A stretch of DNA of 63,621 bases, counting the filler, from Octopus bimaculoides (Eukaryota), in assembly GCF_001194135.2 (NCBI RefSeq). It is 7 parts of 6 records of this genome, joined end to end, with 100 filler letters (N's around TTAATTAATTAA, not from the genome) between each part and the next. Parts side by side here need not be neighbours in the genome. Positions count along the whole stretch, not along the records: positions 1 to 7,414 come from NC_068988.1; positions 7,515 to 25,819 come from NC_068996.1; 5 more parts are not named here. The stretch is one strand, 5' to 3'. Shown here one piece after another: positions 1 to 13,406 of this stretch. The notes under the pieces were generated by a model that saw only the letters and a program-made list of their open reading frames with translations, searched no databases and was not told the origin of the DNA. Within the stretch, counting starts at the first letter, position 1. The number at the start of each line of letters is the position of its first letter. A program made the position numbers and the translations under genes.

Positions 1-59
1 ATATATATATATATATATAATCTATTTGTATGCATATCCGTCTGGATATACATACCGGA

Positions 60-1026
60 ATATGTTGTAATACGGGTAGGAGACAAGAAAGAGGAGCTAC
101 GTTAGTGTTGTAGTGCGTAGTGCACAACTGAGAAGACCTCACACCCGAGGTCATCTCTCACTGAAATTCAGTACGTGAAACTGTATACTCAAAATGTATA
201 ACGAAAACACATTTGTTATTATTTCTAATACATATGGCCCAACTGATTATCCAAATCACACTGCCACGTAAAAGTAGGAGTTTTCACGAAGCTGGAGCAA
301 CACATCAGTGTATTCCTTTTGGGTAACTTCAACTTCCCCAATGTGGGATGGGCCGAGCGCATAGCGCTCTTAAAATTGACAGAAGCGCGAGTGGTTCCCT
401 CCTCAACCTTACCGATATTTAATTCATGGATGCTCTAGCCTACCAGGGCAAATAATATGCTATGTTTCTGATTCACAAACAATATGGGCATCATTCCTTA
501 TGTGAAAGTTACACTACACCAGTCCCGGATCACAACATTATAGAACTCTTTATATACACCTGCAAACATACAGCGTATACAAAGAACACCACATATCTCC
601 AGACCGAACTTTTATAAACCTGACTGGAAATCAAACGAGAAAGAGATTCTCTAGCAGGGTTGACCTAATTCTCCCTCGACATCAGACACTGGCAGGAAAC
701 ATAAATGTTCCTAACGCCAGCCATATTCGTACTAAAGAAAAAGGCCAAAACACACAAGAACAAATACGTTAGGGTGAGTAAAATTCTTAAGATACGACGG
801 ACAAAGTTTGCAAACTGCCTGAACAAACCTCTTAAAAGCAGTGAGAAGTCACATCTAAAAACAATATCGTTGAAGCTTGCATCATTCATGCAAACGATCC
901 CTTGGAGACCATGCAGCTTCTTTATTTTTTTTAGAGTTTCCTTGCAACTAGTGAACTCCCAAACAAATTGATGGAAAGAATAACAAGCCCTATCCACAAA
1001 GGTAGAAAGTAAATGCTATAATTTAT

Positions 1027-1082
<56 letters not shown>

Positions 1083-2405
1083 CTATCTCTGAGTTCACAC
1101 ATCCGCAAAGTCATGGAACGAATAGTATGCAGATAACTAAGTGTGTTCTTTGAAGAGAGGGCATTGCTGACTGACGCACATCACGGTTTTCGTCCACGTA
1201 GACACTATCAGACATACCTCTTACAGCACTACGACTGGGTGTTAAATCAGTTGCTCAACGACTCATATGTAGGCGTGATATATCTCGACTTTCCAAAATC
1301 CTTTGATAAATTATGTGATGAGTCACAGAGTGAGTTATCTTGCCATAATCGGAAAAGTTAGCTAGTGGTTACACGACCTTCTAAAGGTCAGGCGGTTGTG
1401 ACTAATGGAGCTACCTAAAAAGAAACACAATAGTGAATGATATTCCACTGGGCACTGTCTTAGGGCCATTGCTATTCATAGCAACCTTCTCAGACACGCC
1501 CTCACCAGTTCAGATGTGCAGATGACACAACAAAAGTCTCTCAGACGGTACAGAACCATGGAAATATCGCGCACCTGCTACGAGAGCTGAACGAAATAGG
1601 ATGAGGGCAATAATATGCAATTTAATGCTGGAAAATTTTAATGCCTGTGCTACCAGCAGAAAAAGCTGAACGAAATGCAGACGTGATGTACAGGCCCAGG
1701 AAGAATTGCAATCTTTGAATCAAAATCTATTTGTGACTTGGGCAGTGACATATGTAATTTAAATTCAGATGGCTAACCGGAAAACCCGATGGTCTGATGA
1801 AGGACATATATCCTCAGCCTCTTACACTACTATTTCCAACAATGGATACCATACAGTGTAAAATTAACGACAGAACTACGCAAAGAAAATCGTCTCAATG
1901 CAACATATCGGCTACTGCGGAAGATTGAAAACGTTAAGTCTCTATTCACTACAACGAAGATGTGAAAGGTATGCAGTGATACACATCTTGATGATCGTGC
2001 AAGGACTTGTGCGAAATACTGGCACTGAAAGTTACACAAATTGCAGAATTGGGTGCTACTGCATAGGACCATGGATTCCAATATTGTCTTCAAGAAACAG
2101 ACCAAATACTGGAACACCTTGAGCTTCAAGAGCCAGAAGCTCTTTAATATCATTCCAAAAATCCTGAGAAACTTACATGGTTTGGATGATGTAGATTTGT
2201 TCAAAACAAAAATGCATTTCCAACTGTCAAAGACTACGCATGCACCTACCTGGAAGGAACACGGATAACGCCAACAGCATCAGTGTCCCTCATTTTCCAA
2301 ATATCATATATCAGGGGTTTCAAAGAGGGAAGGTGTACTGGAGCGAATGTTGATGCCCCAGCATGACCGCAGTTTTCGAGCTTAAACTCGATAGAGAGTT
2401 AAAGA
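60..2405 (+). mobile_element. Decayed CR1-group LINE: endonuclease end, reverse transcriptase and 3' UTR, with many stops and frameshifts
   Basis: Manual translation gives LLGNFNFPNVGW (~310-350), HHGFRPRR..LLQHYD..VIYLDFPKSFDKL (1143-1361), a GTVLGPLLF-like motif (~1450-1480), ADDTTK (~1515-1535) and RLKTLSLYSLQRRCERY (~1920-1975). A (CT)n/(CTAT)n tract at 1029-1090 interrupts it. Confidence 0.85.
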
Positions 2406-2406
2406 T

Positions 2407-2497
2407 TTACACACACAAACACACACAATATATATATATATGTATGTGTGACTGTATGTATGTATGTATGTATGTATGTATGTATGTATGTATGTAT

Positions 2498-2534
<37 letters not shown>

Positions 2535-2674
2535 TGTGTAAGAGAGGGAGAGAGAGAGAGAGAGATGTGTGAGAGAGGGAGAGAGAGAGAGAGAGANNNN
2601 NNNNNNNNNNNNNNNNNNNNNNNNNNNNNNNNNNNNNNNNNNNNNNNNNNAGAGAGAGAGAGAGATGTGTGAGA

Positions 2675-2711
<37 letters not shown>

Positions 2712-2785
2712 GGAGAGAGAGAGAGAGAGAGAAAAAGAGAGATAGAGAGAGACAGAGAGAGAGAGACAGAGATGTGTGAGAGAGA
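2407..2785. repeat. Compound microsatellite (CA, TA, TATG, TAGA, GA) with gap
   Basis: Seen directly. Confidence 0.95.
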
Positions 2786-3549
2786 GGATTGGGATCTATA
2801 TTATATTCACTTTTAATCAGGAATTGCACAGACACTGTAAACTTTAATATTCCTAGTTTGAAACGACCCACTTAAAACACCATCGCTCAATGTCAAGCAC
2901 CACAAAAAGGATTTTATTTTTTTCTTGTTTTTGTGTTCTTGTTTTTTTCTTATTCAGATATAAATCAACTTATAGTCGCTCACTTCTTTCTTCTGGCCAC
3001 TAATATCTTGCATTAATAATTTTTTTATAAACTAGAATGAAAGCCATGATGCGAAATCCACTGTCCTGAGGGTAAACTCTCTCCTAAGAATTGGTTGTTC
3101 GTATCGACCCTTTGGAAAATATTAATCAGAGATAAAGCATACCATATTTTATTTCAACCATTGATACATTCTGACGAAGTAGTAATTCAGCGGCATAAGG
3201 AAATTACTGTGAACTTCAGCAAAGTTATATCTTTATAAAAGATCTTTTCTGGAAATGTGAAAATAAATGGGGAACTATAGTAGACTCATACTTACAAAAA
3301 GAACCATTTCTTTTATCATTTAGAAATTTGGTATTAGATAATGTACGGTTCAAAGAAATTCGTTCAAAATATCAAATGGTAGAACGATAAGTAATTTCAT
3401 ACGTCACGCAACTGATCTAAAAATTTACATCAGATTGTACAATAATATATACTAAATGAGATCAGCCACATTACTGATAACAAGGGCTTACTATTGAATG
3501 TAAAAAAGAAAGAGCTTTTGAATTATCCTTATATATCTACACGTGCACA

Positions 3550-3797
3550 CACATGCAGGGTAACACACACACATGCAGAGTAACACACACACACGCACAC
3601 ACACACACATTAATTCTATATGTACGAATGCTAGCACGTAACTATCTATCACCAATTTATCAAGCTATCTGTCTCTGTCTCCCTCTCTCTCTCTCTCTCT
3701 GTCTCTACATATCTATATATACATATATATATATATATATTCATATCTCTGTGTAATGAGTGAATACCAAATATATTCTACACTCTCATTTCGACTA

Positions 3798-3838
<41 letters not shown>

Positions 3839-4408
3839 GTGTATGTATATGCATATGTATATATATGTATACACGCAACCATTTTGAGATATCTATGAAT
3901 GTAAGTTTGCAATACTATACATATGTGTATATATGCGCGCGTGTGTGTGCGTATTAATCTACAAAGATAAAAATAGTTGCATTAATAGTTTTATAAAACA
4001 TTGCGGCCATTCACTAATATATATATTTATCAACTATTTCTCAGTTAACAACAAACCCGAAGTAACTCGCATATATGTTATGAGATTTGAAATATCAATC
4101 ACAAATAATACTGATTCGTTTGCCTATCTGCTATAGTAAAAGCTCTCACGTAACCTATATACATAATTATTAAGTATTATCAACGTACTTTTATAAAATA
4201 TGTTTAGTAAGAATTTCTTTGATGTTATAAACGAAAAACTTCGATATTTATATTACAGAATCGTATATATTCTTCATCTTTCTATCTCTGTGCCACTTAC
4301 GTTCCCTTTTCACATTCATACATACATACATACAATCATACAAATATAAATACATGCACACACATATACATTTATAGACACACACACACGTACGCACACA
4401 CACATACG

Positions 4409-4449
<41 letters not shown>

Positions 4450-4690
4450 AGATAGATAGATATTTATGCACAAAAACACACATACACATACACATACACA
4501 CACAAACACATATGTATATATATACAATTGGATATATATATNNNNNNNNNNNNNNNNNNNNNNNNNNNNNNNNNNNNNNNNNNNNNNNNNNNNNNNNNNN
4601 NNNNNNNNNNTATATATATATATATATATTTATTTATATGACATATTTTTAAGGTATGTGTTACAATGCGTTATATCTTATATATAGAGA
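3550..4690. repeat. Compound microsatellite cluster (CA, CT, TA)
   Basis: Seen directly, interspersed with short unique stretches and one gap. Confidence 0.9.
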
Positions 4691-5164
4691 GAATTAATAT
4701 ATGTATGTGTATGTGAACTAGAAAAGTAGTAAACAAGGTTTTTCTCAGGGAAAGTAATATACTCGTATTATCGTTAAAGATTATATGCGAACGAATAGGC
4801 AAAATTTTAATAGAAATCGGGAATAATTTATTGTCTTAATCACATTGTTACACGTATGTATTCAAGAAGGCATCTAATGGAAAGCATGCTGATGCACGCG
4901 AGCGTAACTCCAATCTGGCATTAAAGAATGGATGTTAGATAATTGATAATTGTAATATATAGGATATAAACTAAATCGGAAACTTAGTTTTCTGTGATGA
5001 AGAATTATATATTTCATATATCTGTAATATGTGTTTGTGTCATTCTGTGTATGTTTATGTGTGTGTGTGTTCCTCTGTGTGTGTGAGCGCGTGTGGTTTA
5101 TTTTTATATCACCTACAAAGAAGTGCTTTTTTTCCACACGCCAAAGTGAATGGAGCTTTGGGCA

Positions 5165-5700
5165 GAAGGTGCTGATGTCATCAGGCGGTGTCCAACGTTC
5201 ATCGGATGTTTTCCCACTAAGCCATAACATCCTCCATTAGTGGATCAACAGAAGTGACCAAATCACTGCTCCTCATTTCTTCCTGGCTTCCGGATTAACT
5301 TCTCTCCTTTGCTCCATAACCAAATAGAGGCTCTTTCAGCTGCCTCTCCCATTCTGCGCACAGCCACGCTTCCCTTCTAATGGCTGTACGTATCCTCCAT
5401 ACCGACTAGAGAGGGAACCTTTTATAACCAACCTCGACTGCGAAAAGCCATAACTACCATTTTCTGATCCCTTCAAACCTTCAGACGACTCTCATACTTG
5501 ACGCGCTTCAATTCGTGGGCCTGATGACACCCTTCTTCCCGCGGCTCTGTGAACTCGATTAGAATCATCTTCTTGGTCGTTTCATGCCACAGAACCACTC
5601 TTATGCAGAAAAATCTCTTCAGCTGTTTCGACGAGATTTAGCAAGAATCCGTTTCCCCTTTCATGCTTTCTCTCACACTCGCTATACCGAAATTTAATGA
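5165..5700 (-). mobile_element. 3' remnant of an RLE-type non-LTR element (HERO/NeSL-like)
   Basis: Minus-strand translation VVLWHETTKKMILIEFTEPREEGCHQAHELKRVKY ... LFAVEVGYKG ... MGEAAERASIWLWSK matches the recalled HERO-type RLE C-terminus; 3' UTR-like sequence runs to ~5165. Confidence 0.8.
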
Positions 5701-6244
5701 TGGTTCTGGGATCGCCCATTTGCGCTTGACTTCAATCGGAATAATCTTAATCTTCAATAATCCACCTTGCATAAATAAATGGATTTGCAATAAACCAATG
5801 GTTATTTATTTTTATCAAATTCATCGTTGGCCTTCTGAAATTCTTTGTCATGTCCATGCATGTCGCAAATCATTATTATTCCTTCCAAAAACAATGCAAC
5901 ATGATGAAATGTGACATCATACGTTCAGCAGTGATTCTATGCTTGCCTCATATTTTAAGCAACCTATTTCATATGCACACAAAATTTTAAATCCCCAGAA
6001 TAATTAAACCCCATATAAGGAATTCTTAACTCTTTCTGCATAATGGGTCAGAAATAAAAGAAATTATGTGGAAATACCTCCGCCTTCCGGTTAGGAAAAC
6101 ATAAAATTAGATACACTCTCCTTCTCCTCTTCCCTGCTTGTTGCTGGTTTAATGGATCTCTCTTTACAAAACCAATCGGTGTAGTCTCGTTGGGAAGGCT
6201 ATTGAATTTATATTGCAGAAGTGTTTTTTTAAGCGCTTCAAATG

Positions 6245-6390
6245 CGCGCGCGCGCGCGCACACACACACACACACAACACACACACACACACACACTCAT
6301 ACACACACACGCATATATATATATATAGATATAAATATATATATATAACCTGTAATATGTATATAATCATGAGTGTGCGTGTGTGCATTG

Positions 6391-6427
<37 letters not shown>

Positions 6428-6973
6428 GACAGCTAGATAGACAAATAGACAGATAGATAGATAGAGAGAGAGTGAGCGAGAGAAAGATGTGTGTTTATGT
6501 ACGCATAAATATGTATATATAAATACATACATATGCATACAGAGAAACACTCATAAGCACGCAGCTGCGTGCGCGCACACATACACACACATACACACAC
6601 ACACACACACACAAACACACAGACAATTATGTGTACATCGCCTCAGAGCTCTGGATTTATATATTTGAAAGCCTTTAGCCGTCGTTATTGAAATGGTGTG
6701 AAAACATCCTATTACCATCTAAGTAAACAGACGAATAATTGGGAATTTTCTTACAGGTATGGTACATGATAATTGTGCTTCCTCAAAGAAGATGTCCCAT
6801 TATTCTTTGCTTATATATAGCGATTTAGGTCAAAAGATCTCTCTGTAGGTGAGTAATGGCGACGTTCTGTATCTTCTGAGAAACAATTAGCCCGAAATAG
6901 ATCGCTTAAGAACATTGCCAATTATCTTCCTGTTTACTTTGAGAGCATTAAGATCCTTTCACAATATACGTAC

Positions 6974-7039
<66 letters not shown>

Positions 7040-7067
7040 ATATCTATCTCTCTCTATATATATATGC

Positions 7068-7141
<74 letters not shown>

Positions 7142-7142
7142 G
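6245..7142. repeat. Microsatellite blocks: (CG)n(CA)n, (TA)n, (GATA)n, (TATC)n
   Basis: Seen directly; unique sequence lies between them at ~6640-6970. Confidence 0.9.
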
Positions 7143-7649
7143 GACAGACGGTAGACGTGTCGGCTCCGTAAGTTTTGCCTTTTTCATGTTTTAAAAAGTT
7201 TGTTTGTAAAGTTTATTTTATATAGAAAGTTGTATAACAACTTATAGACTCTCTGGTGCAAGTTTGTTGCAACGGAAATCTGCCCTATGTGGCACATTTC
7301 CAGGATTTAAAAATCAATTTCGGCTTTCTAGCCATTTTTATTTTGAGATGATGGCGTCTCGTAGCCATAAAAAGTTTCGTGAAACGAACGCTGAATTTTG
7401 CAGTGTTTCGTTCGNNNNNNNNNNNNNNNNNNNNNNNNNNNNNNNNNNNNNNNNNNNNTTAATTAATTAANNNNNNNNNNNNNNNNNNNNNNNNNNNNNN
7501 NNNNNNNNNNNNNNGTATGGGAATGTATTGGAGTGTATCCATTAGTAAGATTTGTATAGGAATGGAGAGGTCTGAGCTGTGTGTATGTGTTTAAATGTGT
7601 TCAAGTGCCGAAGTAGAGTGGGTTGATAGGAGTGTGAGGCTTTGGTATA

Positions 7650-8105
7650 CGAGGGGTGTTCATTAAAGATTTCCCCTTATCTATTTCCGGTTATTGCAGG
7701 AAAAGGAACTTGCACAAGTATAATCATACATGTCTCTATATGCCACATTGTAAATTTCAGCTTTCCACTAGTATTTGTTTGTCTTTTACGGCTGCTGAAG
7801 TGGACTAAGGAGTTAAAACAGAGACAGTTGAATGCAGATCAGTGATCAGATTCTTATACTTGAAAAGTCGTACACCAAAAGAGTTTATGGTGACGATGCA
7901 CCACCATACGACGTAGTCAAGCAGTGGCATCACCAGTTCAAATGTGGTCGGGCATCGGTGGAAAATGCTCCTATTTCAGGATGACCACATTCCGCCATTG
8001 ATGACGACACCATCCATAAAGTAGAAGTTTCCATTTTGGAGGATCACCGCAGAACTATTCGGCAACTAGCCCAAGAAGTGAAGATAAGTTCGAGTATGTT
8101 CGAGT
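7650..8105 (+). mobile_element. Mariner transposon 5' part (TIR plus HTH region)
   Basis: TA + CGAGGGGTGTTCATTAAAGATTTCCCC terminus; translation VYGDDAPPYDVVKQWHHQFKCGRASVENAP..IDDDTIHKVEVSILEDHRRTIRQLAQEVKIS. Confidence 0.9.
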
Positions 8106-8784
8106 ATGGCGATGCTTTGGCATTCATAGCAATAGGTCACTTGCCAGCACATTCACCTTCCAGTCAGTTGTGGAAAATCTTGGCCCTAACCTTACCCCTA
8201 AACTGCAATCTGAGCCCTTAGAATAGGGATGCGATCATAGCATAGTCAGTGTATGTGGTTAAATGTAGCAAGCATCATGGACGCGATTTTATTAAACTAA
8301 AGATGTAATATAAAAGCAGGAGATACTTTCAAAGTAAGACAATACAAAGAAAGCCAAGAATGCGTGGAATTCAAATCGTCAGCACCAAATTTTATGAACG
8401 TGTCTCTAAAGGACTGAAATCATCCTTAACTCCTGACGAAATAAACAGTGACCGGGTTTTTATAAACGAGCCTTTTGTATTCCTCTGCAATGGAGACACA
8501 AGGTGTCACATCGATAAACAAAGCAAAACAAAACAAAAAAAAAAATTGATGACCTTTTTAAAAAGATTTATAATTGAAGGCAGTTAGTTGTGACATCTTC
8601 GACGAATCTATTGATGTTGATGGAAGTTTGTGATGGGAAATTTTAATGAATTCAACACACCCGTCAATTTACTTATAAATGTGCGAGTACCACTCTCTCT
8701 CCTCTCTCTCCCCTCTCTGTCTCTCTCTCTCGCTCTTTCTACCACTCTATTTATCTATCTCTATCTGTCGATTTACGTATGCGT

Positions 8785-8828
<44 letters not shown>

Positions 8829-9331
8829 TCTATTCGCTTCGTTTTTTTATTGCATTGATTTTGAATTTCTTCTTTCACAAAAGTTAAACATATTTTTATA
8901 TTAGTTTCGTATTGCAATTATTTTTTGCTATTTTTCTCCGTCTTCTCTCTTCGCCTTCAACGCTCACCTTTTCTCTTTTACGCTTTTCTAGCTCATTTTT
9001 TCGTCTTTCATTTTTTTCTCCTTTCTGTTCATATGTTTTACACGCCCTCGACATGCATTACTAATTTTCATCTCTCACAGAACAAAAAGTATTTTTTGTA
9101 CCATTGTTGTATTGTAATTGTTCTTTCTCCAATTTTCTTTCGCTGAACTACCTTTACTCCCTTTCTTTCCCTTATTCACTCTTCCTTCCAAGCGACAGCA
9201 ACCGCACATACCTCTGCTTACACTTGCGTTACACCATTCAAATTCCTCTTGCTTCCCCTCAATTTTCACACTTACCCCCTCCTCACTCATGCGCTTTCCT
9301 CTCGCACGCGCACGATACAATTACACTCATA

Positions 9332-9865
9332 CGAGGTACATCCGTTAAAGATTTCCCTTGACCCGCTCCCCAAGGGCAGGGATAAACAAAACTTGTTATA
9401 ATTATTAGTTCTTCTCTACATAGCCACCCAATAGTGACACATTTCTCCCATCGCTTTATGCAGCTGTGAAGGCCTCGTCTATAGAAGTTGCTAGGTTGCA
9501 TCTCGAGCCAAGACTTTACCTCGAAAATAAGCTCATCATCCGAAAAGAGTTTCCTCTTCAGAAAAGTCTTCATGGTTGGAAAGAGGTAGAAGTCAGACGG
9601 TGCGAGGTCGGGAGAGTAAGGGGATGAGGAAGGATTTCATAGCCGCAGGAGTGTGCTTTCATCTGGACAACATGTGCATTGTGAATTGGGACGTTGTCTT
9701 AGAGGAGGTGGACTCTTTTGGTCAGCATGTCACGGCTCTCTGCTTTGATGGCATCCTGCCAGAAAATCCATCATCACTACCCCACGCTGGTCCCAAAACA
9801 CTGTGAGCATCACCTTGTCTGCTGAGAGTTGGACACGAGCCTTCTTTGGAACTTAATCTTGGTCA
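9332..9865 (-). mobile_element. Mariner transposon 3' part (catalytic domain plus TIR), same family as 7650-8105
   Basis: Minus translation PKKARVQLSADKVMLTVFWDQRG, (P)YSPDLAPSDFYLFPTMKTFLK, FYRRGLHSCIKRWEKCV; terminus TA + CGAGG...TTAAAGATTTCCC at 9330-9357. Confidence 0.9.
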
Positions 9866-9874
9866 AAACCATAA

Positions 9875-9930
<56 letters not shown>

Positions 9931-10680
9931 CCAACTAATTGCAAAAGACCTGAAGTTGATCTGCGGTAGAGAAAAAAAGCATGTCATACATTGAGGAGAT
10001 CACGGATGGCAACGAAAGAACTTAGGCAAGCACAACTGAGTGATAAACCAAATGATTAATCAAACAAACTGTTTAGTTAGTTGGTTAACTTACTAACTAG
10101 CCGATTGACAACTAATAAAGAAATGAAATTGAACCAGTGCACGTGTTTATTATTGACATAATGACCCTCCTAAGACAGCAAAACCTATTTCAACACACGA
10201 ATTCATATCGAGAACCTTTGCAAACAAAATTATTAAAAAAATAAGAAAATAATGAAACGAGAAACTAACGTTGTCTGTTGACAGAATATATCTACAGACT
10301 TGACCCCTTGGGTAGCTATATTTATTGGGCACACACTTGCATATGAAAACATATGAGAATAAATGGTGTAAGCACGCACCAAATCTAGTATGTGACGACG
10401 ACATACCGAGATGTGAGACATGACTATTCAAATAGTCAAAACGAATTTTAGCATATTGTTCAGATATTTTCACAGACTGAAACGAAAACATGCATACAGT
10501 CTCTGATAGGCACGTAGTTCTCTTCCGACACTCATTAAAGAAATAAATAAAGAAAGAAAGAAAGAAAGAAATGAATTGAAATCTATGTATAGGAACAGTG
10601 AGATGAAATTAAGATGTAGGGAATAGTATAAACATTACCTACTGAGTCCACTAGTCTGGAAACAACAACAACAACAATTT

Positions 10681-10860
10681 TGGCATTAGGCCACAAATTT
10701 TGGGGGATGGGCTCTAGTCGAATTTATCGACTCCAGTACTTGACTGGTACTTATCTCATCGACCCCGAAAGGATATAAAGCAATGTTAACCTCGGCAGAA
10801 TTTGAATTCAGAACATAAAAGCTAGAAGAAATGGCGCTAAGCATTTTGTCCGGCGTAATG
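10681..10860 (-). mobile_element. SINE family A copy
   Basis: Reverse complement matches the 13787-14170 copies (core CTTTCGGGGTCGAT..AAGTACCAGT). Confidence 0.8.
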
Positions 10861-10904
10861 CTTTCTCTGTTTCAAAAATCCTTTTTATACAGGCATACCT
10901 CAAC

Positions 10905-11290
10905 TTGTTTTTTTATTGCCCACGCGGGGCCACATAGAGGGGACAATACAGCTTGATTTGGGGTCAGACACACAGAATGAGTTTAAAATTTTACAACGAA
11001 ATCGAATGAAAAATCGGATGGTAACACAAATCACAAAACAAATTAACAAACATAAAATGAGGCAGGAGAACAGGTTTTAGCTCCGACCCCACGAGCCCTG
11101 TTCCACTACCGACACCTTTTGGTAAGCCTTATGACATGTTAACGCAGTGTCTTTCACACACAACATCCGTGCTACACCTGCTACACTGTCTTTGTACATT
11201 CTCGCTGACAGGCACCTCCTCTCCAGCACTACTTTACGGCAACTGGTTTCGAGACATGCGACTGAACACGGAAAAGAAATAAAAAACATC
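10905..11290 (-). mobile_element. Putative 3' end of an L1/Tx1-clade LINE
   Basis: ORF 11289-11077 (..KVVLERRCLSARMYKDSVAGVARMLCVKDTAL..) resembles recalled Tx1-type C-termini. It is followed by a T-rich UTR and a tail shared with SINE A1. The clade call is from memory. Confidence 0.45.
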
Positions 11291-11550
11291 TAAAAAACTC
11301 ATGGAAAAGAGGCTTCAATTGCTATGAAATACTATATTTTGAACAACATTTAAATATAAATTTTAAAAAGATGATTTTAAGAATTTTTTTAAAAATAACT
11401 CCCAAAATAAAAGATAAATTAAATAAAAACAAACATTTACCTGATTGATGTCGTCGATGTACTTGATAAGCTCGAAGTGGAGGCTGGAGGAGAAGCGTGA
11501 ATTCCATTGATTTGGTCGAAGGATTCGATTCATCATTAGACGTTTAGTGA

Positions 11551-11848
11551 AAGCGCGTGGCTTAGTGGTTAGGGTAGTCAGCTCTCAATCAAAAGGTCAT
11601 GAGTTCGATTCCCAGCAGCACATTGTGTCCTTGAGCAACACACTTTATTTCGTGTTGCTCCAGTCCACTCATCTGGCAAAAGTGAGTTGTACCTGTATTT
11701 CAAATGACCAGCCTTGTAACATTCTGTATCACCTTGAATCTTCCTGAGAAATGTCTGTGGATTGCTCAGTCACTTATTTATTTCACAATCAGGCTGTTCC
11801 GTTGATCAAATCAACTGGAACCCTCGTCGTCGTAATCGACGGAGTGCC
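11551..11848 (+). mobile_element. tRNA-derived SINE family C
   Basis: Head GCGCGTGGCTTAGTGGTTAG...GAGTTCGATTCCC (A/B-box-like); tail CTGGAACCCTCGTCGTCGTAATCGACGGAGTGCCA. Confidence 0.85.
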
Positions 11849-11879
11849 AGACGTTTCCAGTTCACACTATCGACTTTCA

Positions 11880-12520
11880 GCATGCCCCAAAAACTTGTCT
11901 AGGGCGGTTGAATAGTTTCATTCTTGTCATCTAGGACAATATTACAACCCTATTATTTTAATAAAGAGCTCAACCTCAGATTTCATCTCCTCGAAAAGAG
12001 TTAGTAATCTCTCTCTATGTGCAAACGCTTGCTGCACTTTGTTGATGGTGAAATGTCTTGCATCTGGTTCCAGTTGCTGCGGTTCACGAAACTCCAAGAG
12101 CTTTTCATATGTAAGCGGTTGCTTTTGTCAGTATCATTTAATGTCGATGAACTTTCTTAGTGATTTCTTAGTGATTACCATTTCTTAGTGATCACTGTAT
12201 TCTTCAAGCCTGTGTCAATAATATCTTGGATGTCAGTTAAAATCCTTTTCTTGTCAGAAATAACCTTCGATACCGTTGTACTATACCGTTGTACATGCTA
12301 TCACTTTCACCTTTTCGCCTTTCTCTTAGCGTTTTCTTGGCTTTTCATCGCCAACATATTCTTCGAAGAAATAGCATGGTGCTTAAGACCACCAGGATTT
12401 AGCAACAGGAGTTTTTTTTAGAGGGATATGGTTCAACAAATTTTTGCACAGTGGAGGGCTGCACGGAAAATAAGAATTCCACCCGGTCCTGATTCAGCTA
12501 TTACGTGACCTACCACTGTA
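11880..12520 (-). mobile_element. Internally deleted Tigger/pogo element
   Basis: Minus translation EKGEKVKVIA..TTVSKVISDKKRI (N-terminal HTH-like) joined to ..FTINKVQQAFAHRERLLTLFEEM.. (C-terminus-like); CAGTGG-TA-type end near 12518. Confidence 0.6.
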
Positions 12521-12736
12521 ACCGTGGATGTTATGTCAATTTTGGCCTACTAAGCTACCTAAGGATAAAGCTGTTGACTTGATTCTCTTCAAAGACATTA
12601 AGGACGAATATTAATACACAGTAAAAAATAAAAACGCATCTGAATTTCCTGGTACGAACCTAGAGGTCTCGAAATTTATTTAAATAAATGTAAACATTGG
12701 AACTATATACACATTAATATATATATATGTATATAT

Positions 12737-13316
12737 GAATGCCTCGATATACGAGTCAATTTGTTCTCGGAAATCGCTCGTAAAGCGAAAACTTGTAAAG
12801 CAGAGCCATAATTTCCCATAGTAGCAATGCTATAAATCGCAATTTGTTTCCATAAAAATATTTTACCAATAAAATTTATAATACTCGTAAATAAATGGCA
12901 ATAAAACAATAGTGGAATGTAAAGAATATTTTACGTACAGTAAAAAGTATGTCAAGTTTATTTATTATAAAAGATAATTATTATTATAATCGTTTTTTGA
13001 ATCACTTTCACTCGTACTAGACTCACGCACACCATCACTTGTAAATGCGATCGCCAATTCACAAGCATTCGTAGACGAACTTTTAAAAAGTCTTGAGTTG
13101 TTTGCTTAGAAGAAGCTTTTTTTTTTCGCTCTCTCTGAATTTCTCTGTAAGACACAGAAGCATTTGTTATGGTAGTAGAAACTTTTGCACTTCGTTCCAA
13201 ATATGGATCGTGTGCTTGAAAAATTTCAACTCACCATACAAAAGTGAGCTGAAAAATAAAACTCGTAAACCCAGGGTCTCGTAAAGCGGAGCCCTCTTAA
13301 AGTATGATATTATTGC
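12737..13316. mobile_element. Non-autonomous Tigger-like element (MITE), copy 1
   Basis: Degenerate termini (..GCCTCGATATACGAG / CTCGTAAAGCGG..GATATTATTG); body is homologous to 32393-33152. Confidence 0.75.
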
Positions 13317-13406
13317 ATTAGCTTATATCTGTTTTAATGAATCATTTGTACATATTTTTCATATGTATTTAAAAAAAGTATTAATGCTTTTAAATATGTT
13401 TGTTTG

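Noticed and set aside
6757-6849. + strand exon with TTACAG acceptor and GTGAGT donor
   Set aside because: All three frames hit a stop by the exon end, and no homology is recognised.
7459-7470. TTAATTAATTAA islands inside N runs (also 25864, 40534, 53229, 58367, 62459)
   Set aside because: The identical 12-mer with stops in all six frames sits centred in 100-bp N spacers, which marks an assembly linker, not biology.
10150-10491. 113-aa minus ORF in non-repetitive sequence
   Set aside because: No start context, domain or splice support; its length is within chance expectation.
11551-11615. tRNA gene
   Set aside because: The A/B-box head continues into a SINE core and tail and recurs in several copies; there is no acceptor stem closure.
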